A stretch of 64,000 bases of DNA from Synechococcus sp. (GCA_047285805.1 JBJBCN010000002.1:1184001-1248000), one strand, 5' to 3'. Shown: positions 1 to 11,455, counted from the stretch's first letter. Notes: generated from the letters alone by a model not told the origin. Numbers and translations are program-made.

Positions 1-1
1 C

Positions 2-199
2 ACCTTCTATGCGATCACCGGCTTCCACGGTCTGCACGTGACCTTGGGCGGCTTGATGATCCTGATCGTCTGGTGGCAATGCCGAGACGGTGGTCGGGTG
101 AAGCAAGACAACCTCTTCCCCTTGGAGGCCGCGGAGCTTTATTGGCACTTCGTCGATGGCATCTGGGTGGTCCTCTACGGACTCCTTTATCTGCTGTAA
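2..199 (+). CDS. ctaE: Cytochrome c oxidase subunit III, C-terminal part (5' truncated by window)
   Basis: Frame 2 reads TFYAITGFHGLHV...ELYWHFVDGIWVVLYGLLYLL*, the COX3 motifs. Confidence 0.93.
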   Translation, partial: TFYAITGFHGLHVTLGGLMILIVWWQCRDGGRVKQDNLFPLEAAELYWHFVDGIWVVLYGLLYLL

Positions 200-326
200 G
201 GCCACTGTTTGATCACAGTTCTTGCAAATTGCCCTTGCGAAGCATTGCTTGGGATCGGCACAATCGGGCCGCCAGCACCCCAACGCACCGGTGTTCGTCG
301 AAGAGAAGACAACCAAGCCAACCGAG

Positions 327-698
327 ATGCTGGAAGGCAAGGCTCTGCTGGATAAGGCTCGCTCCCTCAGCAATCGCCCGGAGGATCAAATCGCCAGGGC
401 CTGCGGTTATGTCGGTCCCAGTGGCCGTCTGCTCAAAAAAAGCTTCTACCGCGCCCTCGTTGAAGCGAAGGGCTACAAGCTGCCCAGCCAAAGCGGCGGC
501 GGCAGTGGCACCAAAGGTCGCCAAGCCGAGTTCCGCACCAAGGTGCACGGCAATGGAAACCTGCTGATCGGGAACGCCTACACGCGTCGCATGGGGCTGG
601 AGCCCGGCCAGGAGTTCAAGATCGAGATCCACAAAGAAACGGGCTCCATTTGGCTCCTGCCCGTCGAGGGGGACAGCAGCACAAAAGAAGCCCTCTGA
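327..698 (+). CDS. Cyanobacterial AbrB-family transcriptional regulator
   Basis: MLEGKALL...ACGYV...FYRALVEAKG...VHGNGNLLIGNAYT...GLEPGQEF; ATG 327 preferred over ORF start 222. Confidence 0.88.
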   Translation: MLEGKALLDKARSLSNRPEDQIARACGYVGPSGRLLKKSFYRALVEAKGYKLPSQSGGGSGTKGRQAEFRTKVHGNGNLLIGNAYTRRMGLEPGQEFKIEIHKETGSIWLLPVEGDSSTKEAL

Positions 699-715
699 AC
701 GGCGCGCGTGAGCGC

Positions 716-1300
716 TTAGCGCTCGTCCGGTCCGTGGAAGGCGGCACTGAACACCAAGAGGTCAATCCCGCTGAAGAGAAAGCTGATCCCCACCAGGATT
801 CCGAGCACGCTCAACAGACCCAGTCCCTTCATCGAAACGATGATCAAGCCGAGGATGAAGGTGACGATGCCATTGGCTAAACCCCAGCCCCAGCCGGCCA
901 TCTCGGTGTGGGACAGGGAGACGATGCTGGCCACCACACCCTCCACCAGAAAGACGATGCCGATGGCGAAGGCAAAGGCAGCCACCTGAGCAGCTGCCGG
1001 TTCCACGCCGGCGCTGAACTGCTGGATGATCCAAGCGCCGGTCACTACAAACAAGGTAGAGACCACGAGCCGCCAGAAGCAGTGCCATTTGCTCAGCTGC
1101 CTGGAGCGGTTGAGGCTGTTCACCCAGCCGATGATCCCGCCCACCAGGAAAGCCAGGGCCACAACCACCGTCACCCATGCGGAGGCAATCATCGGGAAAA
1201 TAAGGGCGAGAACGCCCAGCACCAACAACAAGATGCCTTCGGCAACGGTGAAGCTGCGCAGGGCGCCCACCGCCAAACCGGAATTGCCGTCTGAGGCCAT
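716..1300 (-). CDS. HdeD/DUF308-family membrane protein
   Basis: Six hydrophobic segments, repeated EGILLLVLGVLAL / GWGLANGIVTFILG pattern. Confidence 0.8.
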   Translation of the reverse strand: MASDGNSGLAVGALRSFTVAEGILLLVLGVLALIFPMIASAWVTVVVALAFLVGGIIGWVNSLNRSRQLSKWHCFWRLVVSTLFVVTGAWIIQQFSAGVEPAAAQVAAFAFAIGIVFLVEGVVASIVSLSHTEMAGWGWGLANGIVTFILGLIIVSMKGLGLLSVLGILVGISFLFSGIDLLVFSAAFHGPDER

Positions 1301-1355
1301 GAAGTGTTCAGCAGGAACACGAACCCCCGGAACGTAGGCATGGCCTCTGGAGTTG

Positions 1356-2021
1356 TCAGCTCCAGCCGTGCTCTTTCAACCAGGCATCACTGATCTGAGC
1401 CGACGACGGACCAGCCCCAGACGCGCGGTGCTGAAGCAAGCGTTCGGTGTACTTCGCCAGCAGATCCGCCTCCAAATTCACCGCCATGCCCCGCTGCAGA
1501 TGTTGCAGGGTCGTGCTGCTCCAGGTGTGGGGAATCACCGCAATCCAAAACTCGGCTCCATCGGCGCTGCACCCCGCCACGGTCAGGCTGATGCCATCCA
1601 AAGCAACACTGGCCTTCTCGCAGATGTAGCGGCCGAAGGCCGAATCCTGCCAACGCAGCCTGAGCGTCCATGAGGCGCTCTGCTCCTCCACCGCCACCAC
1701 ATGGCCCAGACCATCAACATGGCCACTCACCAGATGACCGCCGAGACGATCCTGAAGACGCAGGGCCGGCTCAAGATTGACCCAGCCCCCTCGGTCGGCC
1801 TTCGCCGAGAGGGTCGTGCGGCGCAAGGTCTCTTCGCTGACATCGGACTGAAAGCCGCTGGCAGAGCGTTCGGTCACCGTCAAGCAGACCCCGTCGACGG
1901 CCACGCTGTCCCCAAGGGCCAACTGGGCAGGGTCGAGCTCAGAACCCAGAGGGATCTGCAGCGTCACGCCTCCACTGCGGCGCTGCAGCTGTCCGGTGGC
2001 CTGAACCAGCCCTGTGAACAT
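1356..2021 (-). CDS. ribE: Riboflavin synthase alpha chain
   Basis: MFTGLV start, GDSVAVDGVCLTV, GGHLVSGHVDG, VNLEADLLAKY. Confidence 0.96.
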   Translation of the reverse strand: MFTGLVQATGQLQRRSGGVTLQIPLGSELDPAQLALGDSVAVDGVCLTVTERSASGFQSDVSEETLRRTTLSAKADRGGWVNLEPALRLQDRLGGHLVSGHVDGLGHVVAVEEQSASWTLRLRWQDSAFGRYICEKASVALDGISLTVAGCSADGAEFWIAVIPHTWSSTTLQHLQRGMAVNLEADLLAKYTERLLQHRASGAGPSSAQISDAWLKEHGWS

Positions 2022-2076
2022 GCGGTGGCCCGATCAACACTGGCCATAATCGGGCAGAAGGGAGAGCGGGCAAGTC

Positions 2077-2619
2077 ATGGTCGAAATGCAAGTGGCCGGC
2101 ATTGCCCTCGATGCCGCCAGTCGCAGCCCGATCGTTCTGCTACGCGACCCGTCAGGCCGCCGTCAGGTGCCGATCTGGATCGACCAGGCCCAAGCCCAAA
2201 ACATCATGGCCGGCCTCAGCGACCAGGCTCCGCCCCGTCCCCTCAGCCATGACCTGATGGTGGAACTCCTGCAGGCCGGGGGCCTGCAGCTGACCAAGGT
2301 GATCGTTCACGCCATCGAAGACAGCACCTTTCGTGCCGTCCTGAAAGTGGAGAGGGCTGGCGAGGAGGAAGTGGAACTGGATGCCCGCCCAAGCGACGCC
2401 ATCGCCCTGGCGATCCGCACCGGCAGTGGGATCTGGATGCTGGAGGAAGTGGTCTCCGACGCCTCCATTCCTGTCGATGCGGAGGCGGACGCTGAAGACG
2501 CCGCCGATTTCCGCCGCTTCATCGACGGCATCAGTCCAGCTGAACTGGTCCGGCACATCAAGCAAGCCCAGACCGACGTGGATCCCGCCGCGGAACAGCC
2601 GGAGGAAGACGCTGGCTGA
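2077..2619 (+). CDS. Bifunctional nuclease family protein (DUF151)
   Basis: PIVLL...PIWI...PPRPLSHDL...DARPSDAIALA. Confidence 0.92.
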   Translation: MVEMQVAGIALDAASRSPIVLLRDPSGRRQVPIWIDQAQAQNIMAGLSDQAPPRPLSHDLMVELLQAGGLQLTKVIVHAIEDSTFRAVLKVERAGEEEVELDARPSDAIALAIRTGSGIWMLEEVVSDASIPVDAEADAEDAADFRRFIDGISPAELVRHIKQAQTDVDPAAEQPEEDAG

Positions 2620-3733
2620 ACGCCGCCCCTTTGGCCGGGGAGCCAAGGTCTCCCCGTTCTGCCTCGGCACGATGCGGGCCACCACGAGCCCGCAGCAGAT
2701 GGCGGAGGTGCTCGCTGCGGCCCTAGCCGCAGGCATCAACCACATCGAGACCGCCCCGGCCTATGGCCCCGCGGAGGCGTTCTTGGGCCAAGCCCTTAGC
2801 CAGTGGAGTGGATTGGAGCCACTGGCCATCACCAGCAAGCTGCTCCCGGGAATCGAGCTGGAGGAGGGCAAGGCCCAACTGCGCGGAATCCTGCAACGCC
2901 TGGGGCTCCAGCGGCTCGACAACCTGGCGGTCCACGGCCTGAACCGGCCTGAGCATCTGGACTGGGCCCTGCGGGGAGACGGGGCGGAGCTATTGCGCTG
3001 GGCCCTAGCGGAGGGATTGGTCACCCAAGTGGGGTTCTCGAGCCACGGCGAGCTAGCGCTGATTGAAACCGCCCTCGCCTCAGGCCGCTTCAGCTTCTGC
3101 AGCCTCCATCTGCACTGGTTTGATCAGACCCGGATTCCCCTTGCCCAGGCCGCGCTACGGGAAGGCATTGGCGTGCTCGCCATTTCCCCCGCCGACAAGG
3201 GGGGCCGGCTCTATGCACCGCCTGAGCAGCTACGCGCCGATTGCGCTCCTTTTGAGCCGCTGGAGTTGGCCTACCGCTTCCTACTTGATGCAGGCATCTC
3301 AAGCCTGACCCTGGGGGCCGCCCAAGCCAGCGACCTCGATCTCGCCCAACGCCTGACTGCGGAAGAGGGCAGCTGGCTTGAGCCCAGGCATCGCCGGGCC
3401 CTGGATCGGGCTTGGCAGGCCGGCCAAAGCCGTCTTACCACCAGCGCCTGTCAGCAATGCCGGGCCTGCCTGCCCTGCCCCAACGCGGTGCCTATTCCAG
3501 AGCTCCTGCGCCTGCGCAACCTGGACCTCGGGCACGGCATGGGTGCCTTTGCCCAGGAGCGCTACAACCTGATCGGCCGAGCAGGGCATTGGTGGGAAAG
3601 CGTGAACGCGTCCGCATGCTCAGGCTGCGGCGATTGCCTACCGCGCTGTCCCCACAACCTGCCCATTCCAGACCTGCTAGCGGAGACCCATGAACGGCTG
3701 GCCGCCGCACCGCGGCGCCGGCTCTGGGGTTAG
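2612..3733 (+). CDS. Aldo/keto reductase with C-terminal 4Fe-4S dicluster
   Basis: GINHIETAPAYG, VGFSSHG, CQQCRACLPCP and CSGCGDCLPRCP; start uncertain (CTG 2612 or ATG 2672). Confidence 0.88.
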   Translation: MAERRPFGRGAKVSPFCLGTMRATTSPQQMAEVLAAALAAGINHIETAPAYGPAEAFLGQALSQWSGLEPLAITSKLLPGIELEEGKAQLRGILQRLGLQRLDNLAVHGLNRPEHLDWALRGDGAELLRWALAEGLVTQVGFSSHGELALIETALASGRFSFCSLHLHWFDQTRIPLAQAALREGIGVLAISPADKGGRLYAPPEQLRADCAPFEPLELAYRFLLDAGISSLTLGAAQASDLDLAQRLTAEEGSWLEPRHRRALDRAWQAGQSRLTTSACQQCRACLPCPNAVPIPELLRLRNLDLGHGMGAFAQERYNLIGRAGHWWESVNASACSGCGDCLPRCPHNLPIPDLLAETHERLAAAPRRRLWG

Positions 3734-4821
3734 CGGCTCAGGGCTTGATCCCAGAGGGACTGCCAGCGGCTGCGCTCAGCCTGGCTGAAGACCGGAAGAC
3801 TGTTGCAGCGTTGCAGCACTGCCTCGCTGGGAAGCAAGAGCGGCCGTAGCCGCTCCGGCCAACGCCACAGCACCGGGTCCAGCTGTTTCCGGGGAAGCGG
3901 CGGCACGCAGCCAGCCGCCAGTAGGCGATCCAGTAGAGGCAGCGAGAGGCCGTCGCGAATCCACTCCAAGGGCAGGGGCGGATCCAGCAGCGCACGGTCC
4001 TGGGGGGCCAAGCGCAGCAACAGCTGCCACCAGAGCGGGGAGCCGGACTCCGGCAACACAGCCGACAGACGGGGATCTTTCTTCAGCAGCGGAATCGCCC
4101 GATGGCTGGGGACCACGGCGGCCTCCGCCTCACCAGCCAACAGCAGATTGAGACCGTCCCGCTCATCGAGGGCCAGGGCCTGATCCACCAGCTCGGACAC
4201 CTGCTTCGGCAGAGCTGGGGCATTCAGGGATTGGGGGTCGCGGCTGGAAAGTCCCAGCTGACGCAACGCCAACTCAATCACCACCCGCGGGCTGGAGGGA
4301 AGCACCACCTTTCCCCGCAGGCTTGGATCGAGGAGCAAGGACCAACCCTGTTGGCGCTGACGCCAGAGGTCAGGACGACTGCGCAACACCAACAACCACG
4401 TCCCAAAGGCCCAAGGGAAGGCCACGGGCACGGCGCCCTCAGGGCCAAACAAGCGACTTGGGGCTTGGGCCATGGGGGCGAGCTGCGCCAGCAGGGCCGG
4501 CGCCTCCAGCGTTTGGAGTCGAGCACGATCGAGCTGCTGGGCCCAGCCATCGCCGAGGGCCAGCAAGGCCGCACCGCTCAGGTCCTTCTCCTGAAGCGAG
4601 GAGCGATCCACCAAGCTCAGCAGCTGCGCTGGACGCTCCAACCGTTGGGACTGCCAGGGAGATGGCAGCTCCTGCAACCAGGCCTTGGGCAGATCCCCTT
4701 TCACGCTCAACAGCTGCGGTGCACCAGAGCGCACGGGGGCGCATCCAGCCGCCGTACCCAGGGCCACCACCGAACCCATCAGTTGCAGCAGTTGGCGGCG
4801 GGAGGTCACAACCGAGAACAA
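3730..4821 (-). CDS. ABC-transporter substrate-binding protein (PotD-like), Tat/lipoprotein signal
   Basis: SRRQLL..AAGC signal; LGDGW, WSLLLDPSLRGKV, PESGSPLW. Confidence 0.7.
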   Translation of the reverse strand: MFSVVTSRRQLLQLMGSVVALGTAAGCAPVRSGAPQLLSVKGDLPKAWLQELPSPWQSQRLERPAQLLSLVDRSSLQEKDLSGAALLALGDGWAQQLDRARLQTLEAPALLAQLAPMAQAPSRLFGPEGAVPVAFPWAFGTWLLVLRSRPDLWRQRQQGWSLLLDPSLRGKVVLPSSPRVVIELALRQLGLSSRDPQSLNAPALPKQVSELVDQALALDERDGLNLLLAGEAEAAVVPSHRAIPLLKKDPRLSAVLPESGSPLWWQLLLRLAPQDRALLDPPLPLEWIRDGLSLPLLDRLLAAGCVPPLPRKQLDPVLWRWPERLRPLLLPSEAVLQRCNSLPVFSQAERSRWQSLWDQALSR

Positions 4822-4833
4822 CTCGACTTGAAC

Positions 4834-5952
4834 CTAGGCGGAGTGCGGCAGTTGATCACAGGCCAGCTCACAGGCGGACACCAGCGCCTGCAGTGGGCGG
4901 CCACTGAGCTGCCAAAGGGCTGCCAACCCGCCAGCACCGACCCCCTCTTTGACGTAGCCACGCTCGTAATCGAGCAACTCCTGCCGGCGGCTGCCCGTAA
5001 AGCGCAAGCCCGTGGCCAAGGCCAACGGCGCAACGCCAAAGCGGCTGGCAAGCTGCCCCATCAGCCCCGAAAAATCACTGGCCGATTCATGGGCCACCCA
5101 GGCGGTGGTGACCACTGCCGCCTGGCGAACCAGCCTTTGACGCTCCTCCGGAATGCAGGCCGCCATCGCCAGGGCCCAGACCGCCGCCATCTGGCTACCG
5201 CCCGCCAAGAGCAGCGGAGTACCCCCAAGAGCCACCCGCTTGAGCGCAGCAGCAGCCACCACCTGCATGGGGTCACCGACCGCCGCCAAAACAGCCTGGG
5301 GCCCTGCCCCCTCCGGCAGCTGGGCCGCCGCCAACCCCTGTTGCACCAGCCTTTGCTTGAGCTGGTGATCGGGCTGGCGGACACTGCCGCTCACTAGGCC
5401 GATGGAGGGAACCCCCAGGGCCTCCAGAACCGCCAGGGCAGTTGTGGTGCCACCGGGCACGCACTCGCTGAGGAGCACCGGTTGACCAGTTCGCGCCAAG
5501 CTCCGTCCCCAGCGCTCCCCCCAGGACCAGAGCGTCTGCACCCGATCAAGAGCCATGGCCGCCCCCGTGCTAAGGCAGCGGGCCGGCGACTGATTCAGCT
5601 GGAGATGGGGAATGGCGGGAGCGACAGGCGCCCCCAGGTCCAGCACCACGGGATGCAGGTCTAACCCCTGAAGCACGGCCCATGCGATCACGGCCGGAGT
5701 GACCCCAGCCGGCAGGGGCGGCAAAGCATGGGGCCGCTCGGCGGAGGGGCCCTGCCAAAGCAACTCCGCATCCGCGGCGGCCGTCAAACGGCGGGAGTCC
5801 GGTGTTGCCCCGGCCGCCGAGATGCCCTCAACGGCCGCTGTTTCCGTCCCGGCCAGCAGCAACAGCACACGGGTCTGGGGAACAGCAGCAGCCAGACGTT
5901 GACACCACTGCTCCGCCAGTTCGGGCGCTCCGCTGAGGCGCTCCAGGCTCAA
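4834..5952 (-). CDS. cobT: Nicotinate-nucleotide-dimethylbenzimidazole phosphoribosyltransferase (CobT-like)
   Basis: GISAAGATP, ECVPGGTTTA, GDPMQ, LAGGSQM, YERGYVKEGVGAGG. Confidence 0.9.
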   Translation of the reverse strand: MSLERLSGAPELAEQWCQRLAAAVPQTRVLLLLAGTETAAVEGISAAGATPDSRRLTAAADAELLWQGPSAERPHALPPLPAGVTPAVIAWAVLQGLDLHPVVLDLGAPVAPAIPHLQLNQSPARCLSTGAAMALDRVQTLWSWGERWGRSLARTGQPVLLSECVPGGTTTALAVLEALGVPSIGLVSGSVRQPDHQLKQRLVQQGLAAAQLPEGAGPQAVLAAVGDPMQVVAAAALKRVALGGTPLLLAGGSQMAAVWALAMAACIPEERQRLVRQAAVVTTAWVAHESASDFSGLMGQLASRFGVAPLALATGLRFTGSRRQELLDYERGYVKEGVGAGGLAALWQLSGRPLQALVSACELACDQLPHSA

Positions 5953-6587
5953 AGCGGATCGAGGGCGAGCAGGGGACGCAGCAGCGCCGGCGGCTCACTG
6001 ATCGGGCTCTTCAGCCGCGGAAAGATCCACAGGGCCACCGCATGTAAGGCCAGTACGTAGATGAGGTTTTGCAGCAACACCAAAGCCAAGGCCATCAGCT
6101 GCACCTGCAAGAGATCCGCTCCCCCACCGATGTGGACCAAACCCAGCAGGCGATCGAGCACCTGGGAGGCCGCTGAGGTGATGAGCACCCACAGGTTTTC
6201 CCCCAGCAGGATCGAGAGCACGGCCACCCGCACCAGGAACCCGCCTGCGCCGATCAACAACCCCACCCCCCAACTGAGGTACCAAGTCAGACGACGGCTC
6301 CAGCACCATCCGAGCCATAGGGCCAAGAAGCCATAGGGGAAGAGCACCAATGGACCCCGGATTGGCCCCATCAAGGCCACCAGCAACAGGGCCGCAACGG
6401 TGACCCCTTCCATGGCGCAGCGACCGTTATGGCGCAGCTGCAACAGAGCCAACGGCAGGGGCAAAGCTAAACGGAACAGCGCGCCGCCAACCGGGACGTA
6501 GTAGAGGCCCACCCAGAGCAACGCGGTAGCCGCCGCCAGATAGGCCGTATCGGTGAGCTGTCGGGCCTGGCGGCGACTCAAGGACAT
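5949..6587 (-). CDS. DUF2232 membrane protein
   Basis: TAYLAA...LPLPLALL...MGPIRGP...GENLW; multiple TM segments. Confidence 0.8.
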   Translation of the reverse strand: MSLSRRQARQLTDTAYLAAATALLWVGLYYVPVGGALFRLALPLPLALLQLRHNGRCAMEGVTVAALLLVALMGPIRGPLVLFPYGFLALWLGWCWSRRLTWYLSWGVGLLIGAGGFLVRVAVLSILLGENLWVLITSAASQVLDRLLGLVHIGGGADLLQVQLMALALVLLQNLIYVLALHAVALWIFPRLKSPISEPPALLRPLLALDPL

Positions 6588-6601
6588 GGTTGAAGGCCGG
6601 C

Positions 6602-7036
6602 CTAGCGCGGATCAGGCGCTGCGCTGCGGGTGGGCATCGTCCCGTTAGAAACGCGTTCAATACTCTCCACTTCAAAGGCCAAACCCGCCGTGCGCAAGGC
6701 CTCGGTCAGCACCTCCGCAGGAGCGGAGGGATCCGCAGCCGGCAGCTTGATCGTCACCCGATAGGGGGCCGGCGGTGCACTTCGGCGTGGTACGACAGGA
6801 GACTGGTCAGGCTTAGGAACGGGCTTGGGCGCGGCCACGACCGCCTCGGTCTTGGCGTCCGGAGCGAGTGCCGCGGGCTGCGTTGGAGACGCAGGCGCTA
6901 AGGCAGGAGGCGACGCCGGAGTCGCCGGAAGCGGGTCCGAGAAACTCCGGGACAACTGATCACCCAGGGGTGTGCCCTGGCATCCGGCCAAGGCACCAGC
7001 CAATAGCAGCAGCGCCCCCCAACGCAGAGGCGCCAT
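6602..7036 (-). CDS. Hypothetical lipoprotein
   Basis: Lipobox LAGC, Pro/Ala linker, C-terminal PYRVTIKLPAADPSAPAE. Confidence 0.75.
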   Translation of the reverse strand: MAPLRWGALLLLAGALAGCQGTPLGDQLSRSFSDPLPATPASPPALAPASPTQPAALAPDAKTEAVVAAPKPVPKPDQSPVVPRRSAPPAPYRVTIKLPAADPSAPAEVLTEALRTAGLAFEVESIERVSNGTMPTRSAAPDPR

Positions 7037-9753
7037 CAGCTATCCGCCGCCTTGATGATCCTCACAGCGCTAGCCCGCAGACGACCGGTCTTGGTGATGG
7101 CCGGAGCCTTCTTCGCCGCTGGCTTCTTGGCTGCTGGCTTCTTCGCCGCCGTAGATTTGGCCGCGGTCTTGCGGCCCTTGCCCTTGCCTGAGGCGGCCTT
7201 GGCGGCGAGCAGTTCGACCGCCTGGTCAAGGGTGATGGTGTCCGCCGTGGTGCCTTCGGGGAGCGAGGCATTCACCTTGCCCTGCTTCACATACAGGCCA
7301 TAGGGGCCATCGAAGAGCTGGATCGTTTCATCGGCCCCCTCGGGGGTCCCGAGATCCTTCAGGGCCGTACGGCCCCCTCGGCCGCGCTTGGGCATCGCCA
7401 GGAGTTCGAGGGCACGGGAGAGGCCCACCATCAGCACGTCGTCTTCGGCCTTGAGGGAGCGGTAGTCCTTTTCCCCCTTGCCCTTGTGGTGGACCACATA
7501 GGGTCCAAAGCGACCCAGACCGGCCTCCACCTTCCCGCCATCGGGGTGTTCGCCGAGGTGTCTGGGGAGACGCAACAAGCCCAGGGCGTCCTCGAGGCTG
7601 AGGTCCTCGGGCTTAGTGCCCTTGGGGAGAGAGGCACGCTTGGGCTTGGGGTTGTCGTCGCTGACCTGGCCCCGCTGCACATAGGGCCCGTATTGGCCGA
7701 AGAGCAGATAGACCAAATCACCGGTCTCGGGATCTTCCCCAAGAGCCTCAGGACCGTCGGCCTTCTGCTTCAGGATCAGCTCCGCTTTTTCGGAGTCCAG
7801 ATCCGCAGGGGTGATCTCGTTGGGAAGGGTGGCCTTCAGCAGCTCCTCGCTGCCGTCCTCCGCCACCCGCTTGGTTTCCAGATAGGCCCCAAAACGACCG
7901 ATCCGCACTACGCAGGGGAGCCCCTCGAGGGCAATCGTGCGTGAGGCGGTGGGGTCGATATCCCCTTCCCTCTGCTGCACTTGGGTCTCGAGCCCCTTGT
8001 CGCCCTTGTAGAAGCTCTCGAGGTAGGGCAGCCACTGCACCTTGCCGGTGGAGATTTCGTCGAGGGTCCCCTCCATCCGCGCGGTGAAGCTGGTATCAAC
8101 CAAGTCCGGGAAATGCTCCTCCAGCAGGGCAGTCACCGCAAACGCCGTGAAGCTTGGAGTCAGCGAGTTGTTCTGCAGCGTCGCGTAACCCCGATCGACG
8201 ATGGTCCCGATGATCGAGGCGTAGGTGGAGGGGCGACCGATGCCTTCCTTCTCGAGCATCTTGACCAGGGCAGCCTCGCTGTAGCGAGCGGGTGGCTGGG
8301 TTTGGTGACCCAACGCTTCCACGGCCTTGCAACTGGGGCTATCGCCGGTTTTCAGGTTCGGCAGAAGGACTTCCTGCCCTTCGAGCGCGGCATCTGGGTC
8401 ATCACTGCCCTCGACGTAGGCCCGGAAGAAACCGGGGAAGTCAATGCGCTTGCCATTGGCACGGAAGCTGGCGGGCCCGAGGCTGCCGCCATCGACGTCC
8501 AGCTCAACGCTGAGCATGGTCAGGCGTGCCTCGGCCATCTGGGAGGCCACGGTGCGCTTCCAGATCAGCTCGTAGAGGGCAAGATCTCGGCCATCGAGGC
8601 CGGTGGCCGAGGGATCCCTGAAGCTTTCACCCGCGGGGCGAATCGCCTCATGGGCCTCCTGGGCATTGCGGGACTTAGTGGAGAACTGACGGGGTGAGCC
8701 GCTCAGATACTCCTTGCCGTATTTCTCAGCCACACAGTTGCGGGCTGCGTTGATGGCTTGGTCACTGAGGTGCACCGAGTCAGTGCGCATGTAGGTGATG
8801 AAGCCCCGCTCGTAGAGCCCCTGGGCCGTGCGCATGGTCTCGCGCGCCGACAGGCGAAGCTTGCGGTTGGCCTCCTGCTGCAGGGTGCTGGTGGTGAACG
8901 GCGCTACCGGTTTACGGGTGGTGGGCTTTTCCTCGACAGAGGACACCCGCCAAGGAGCCACGAGGACCGCTTCGCGGAGGCTGCGGGCGTCGGCCTCGCT
9001 CAGCAAGCGGACTTTGCTACCGGCCTTCAGCCCACCGGTGTTCTCGTCGAAATCCGAACCACCGGCAATGCGCTCGCCCTTGAGGTGGGTGAGTTTGGCG
9101 TCAAAGCCGCTGCTCCCCTGGGCCATCTCAGCCTTGAGATCCCAGTAGCTGCCGCTCTTGAACGCCCGACGAGCCCGCTCCCGTTGCACCAGCAAGCGGA
9201 CGGCCACGGACTGAACCCGGCCGGCGCTCAAGCCCCAGGCCACCTTTTTCCAAAGCAGGGGCGAGAGGGTGTAGCCCACCAGGCGATCGAGGATGCGCCG
9301 CGTTTCCTGGGCATGGACGAGCTCCATGTCGAGCTCGCGGGTCTGATCGAGGGCTCGGCCGATGGCCTCCTTGGTGATCTCGTGGAACACCATCCGCTTG
9401 ACCGGCACCTTCGGGTTCAGGAGCTGCAGCAGGTGCCAGCTGATGGACTCCCCTTCCCGGTCTTCGTCGGTCGCGAGCAGGAGTTGATCGGCGCCTTTGA
9501 GGGCGTCCTTCAGTTCTTTGACCGTCTTCTTTTTGTCCTTCGGAACCACGTAGAGCGGTTCGAAGTCCTTGGTGGTGTTCACGCCGAGGTTCGCCCACTT
9601 CTCGCCCTTGTGGGCAGCCGGGATCTCGCTGGCGTTGTTGGGCAGGTCGCGCACGTGCCCCATCGAGGCCTCAACCTTGAAGTCCTTCGGCAAGAACCCG
9701 CGGATGGTGCGGGCCTTGGTGGGGCTTTCAACGATGACGAGGGTGTGCGCCAC
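7036..9753 (-). CDS. topA: DNA topoisomerase I
   Basis: [34 protein letters not shown], Lys-rich tail; GTG at 9753 is the likely start. Confidence 0.98.
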   Translation of the reverse strand: MAHTLVIVESPTKARTIRGFLPKDFKVEASMGHVRDLPNNASEIPAAHKGEKWANLGVNTTKDFEPLYVVPKDKKKTVKELKDALKGADQLLLATDEDREGESISWHLLQLLNPKVPVKRMVFHEITKEAIGRALDQTRELDMELVHAQETRRILDRLVGYTLSPLLWKKVAWGLSAGRVQSVAVRLLVQRERARRAFKSGSYWDLKAEMAQGSSGFDAKLTHLKGERIAGGSDFDENTGGLKAGSKVRLLSEADARSLREAVLVAPWRVSSVEEKPTTRKPVAPFTTSTLQQEANRKLRLSARETMRTAQGLYERGFITYMRTDSVHLSDQAINAARNCVAEKYGKEYLSGSPRQFSTKSRNAQEAHEAIRPAGESFRDPSATGLDGRDLALYELIWKRTVASQMAEARLTMLSVELDVDGGSLGPASFRANGKRIDFPGFFRAYVEGSDDPDAALEGQEVLLPNLKTGDSPSCKAVEALGHQTQPPARYSEAALVKMLEKEGIGRPSTYASIIGTIVDRGYATLQNNSLTPSFTAFAVTALLEEHFPDLVDTSFTARMEGTLDEISTGKVQWLPYLESFYKGDKGLETQVQQREGDIDPTASRTIALEGLPCVVRIGRFGAYLETKRVAEDGSEELLKATLPNEITPADLDSEKAELILKQKADGPEALGEDPETGDLVYLLFGQYGPYVQRGQVSDDNPKPKRASLPKGTKPEDLSLEDALGLLRLPRHLGEHPDGGKVEAGLGRFGPYVVHHKGKGEKDYRSLKAEDDVLMVGLSRALELLAMPKRGRGGRTALKDLGTPEGADETIQLFDGPYGLYVKQGKVNASLPEGTTADTITLDQAVELLAAKAASGKGKGRKTAAKSTAAKKPAAKKPAAKKAPAITKTGRLRASAVRIIKAADS

Positions 9754-9820
9754 AGGCAGGCGGTGAACCGCTTCCCTCTTTATCGCACCGACCGTCAACC
9801 CCGGCGAGAAACTCCGAAGG

Positions 9821-11455
9821 TTGACGCCAGCGCGGCTACAGTCCAGCCCACGGGCGTGTTCCAAAACAGCTGTGCTCTCTCTCCTGGCTGCCGCCGACAC
9901 CGTTACGACTGCGGCTGCTCCAGCGGTGAACGCCATCACGTCGCTGCAACTCAATGCAGGAGCCATCGCACCGGAAGGTGCGGTCTTGCTGGCGATGGTG
10001 GCCTGCCTTCTTGTCGATCTGGCGGGCGAGAAAGCGGCTGCGCGTTGGGTCCCCCTCTTGTCCTACGTGGGCCTGGGCGGTGCGCTCGGCTTGCTGGCAC
10101 TGCAATGGGATGCGGCGCCGCTTGAGCCCTCCTTCCTCGGCGCCTTTCTGGCCGACAACCTCGCGATCGCCTTTCGGGCTGTGGTGGCGGCCTCAACCCT
10201 GGTTTCCCTGTTGATCAGCTGGCGCTATGTCGAGCGGGCCGGAACGCCCGTTGGCGAATACGCCTCAATCCTGTTGGCCGCGACCCTGGGAGCAATGCTG
10301 CTCTGCGGAGCCACAGACCTGGTCAGCATCTTCGTCTCCCTCGAAACGCTGTCGGTCGCGAGTTACCTGCTGTCGGGCTACATGAAGCGCGACGCCCGCA
10401 GTTCCGAGGCCGCACTCAAATACCTCCTGGTCGGCTCCGCTGCCGCCGCGGTCTTTCTCTATGGCGCCTCGCTCCTCTATGGCCTGACCGGCGGCAGCAC
10501 CAGCCTCGAAGCCGTTGGCATCGCACTCCAGACGAGCGCCTCTCCAGTGGCGGCCCTCGCTCTGGTGTTCGTGTTGGCCACGGTGGCCTTCAAGATTGCC
10601 GCAGTTCCTTTCCACCAGTGGACCCCTGACGTCTATGAGGGTTCCCCCACTCCAGTGGTGGCCTTCCTCTCAGTGGGCTCCAAAGCTGCCGGTTTCGCCC
10701 TGGCTTTGCGCATCCTCGTGGGCTGCTTTGAACCCTTCGAAGCGCAGTGGAAGCTGCTCTTCACGGTCTTGGCCATCTTGAGCATGGTTCTGGGCAACGT
10801 GGTGGCCCTGGCTCAGACATCCATGAAGCGGATGCTGGCCTACAGCTCGATCGGTCAGGCCGGCTTCGTGATGATCGGCCTGGTCTGCGGCACCGAAGAC
10901 GGCTACGCCGCCATGGTCCTCTACATGGCCGCCTACCTCTTCATGAACCTAGGGGCCTTCGCCTGCATCATCCTGTTCTCCCTGCGCACCGGGAGCGATC
11001 GGATCAGCGATTACGCAGGTCTCTACCAGAAGGATCCTCTGATCACCTTGGGCCTGAGCCTCTGCCTGCTTTCACTCGGTGGCATTCCACCGATGCTCGG
11101 CTTCTTCGGCAAGATCTACCTCTTCTTTGCCGGCTGGGCCGATCAGCAGTACCTCCTCGTGGTGGTCGGTCTGCTCACCTCTGTGGTCTCTATCTACTAC
11201 TACATCTCTGTCATCAAGATGATGGTCGTGAAGGAGCCCCATGAGGCCTCAGAGGTGGTTAAGTCCTACCCCGAGGTCAATTGGAGCCTGACTGGACTGC
11301 AACCCCTCCGCGCAGCGCTGGTGTCCTGTGTGGCGGTGACTGCCGTCGGTGGGATCCTCTCCAACCCGCTCTTCACCTGGGCTAGCGGTGCCGTTGCCGG
11401 CACGCCCATGCTGCAGAAAGCTCTCGCCTCGGCCGCAGGCCTCCCGGTTGGCTAA
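9821..11455 (+). CDS. ndhB: NAD(P)H-quinone oxidoreductase subunit 2 (N)
   Basis: [45 protein letters not shown]; true start may be GTG 9872. Confidence 0.97.
   Translation: MTPARLQSSPRACSKTAVLSLLAAADTVTTAAAPAVNAITSLQLNAGAIAPEGAVLLAMVACLLVDLAGEKAAARWVPLLSYVGLGGALGLLALQWDAAPLEPSFLGAFLADNLAIAFRAVVAASTLVSLLISWRYVERAGTPVGEYASILLAATLGAMLLCGATDLVSIFVSLETLSVASYLLSGYMKRDARSSEAALKYLLVGSAAAAVFLYGASLLYGLTGGSTSLEAVGIALQTSASPVAALALVFVLATVAFKIAAVPFHQWTPDVYEGSPTPVVAFLSVGSKAAGFALALRILVGCFEPFEAQWKLLFTVLAILSMVLGNVVALAQTSMKRMLAYSSIGQAGFVMIGLVCGTEDGYAAMVLYMAAYLFMNLGAFACIILFSLRTGSDRISDYAGLYQKDPLITLGLSLCLLSLGGIPPMLGFFGKIYLFFAGWADQQYLLVVVGLLTSVVSIYYYISVIKMMVVKEPHEASEVVKSYPEVNWSLTGLQPLRAALVSCVAVTAVGGILSNPLFTWASGAVAGTPMLQKALASAAGLPVG

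Noticed and set aside
7095..7210. Repetitive DNA at the topA 3' end
   Set aside because: It encodes the ordinary AAKKP Lys/Ala-rich tail of TopA.
4102..10125. Long antisense ORFs (4102-5397, 8758-10125 and similar ones across the window)
   Set aside because: Shadow ORFs opposite well-supported genes, expected in high-GC DNA.
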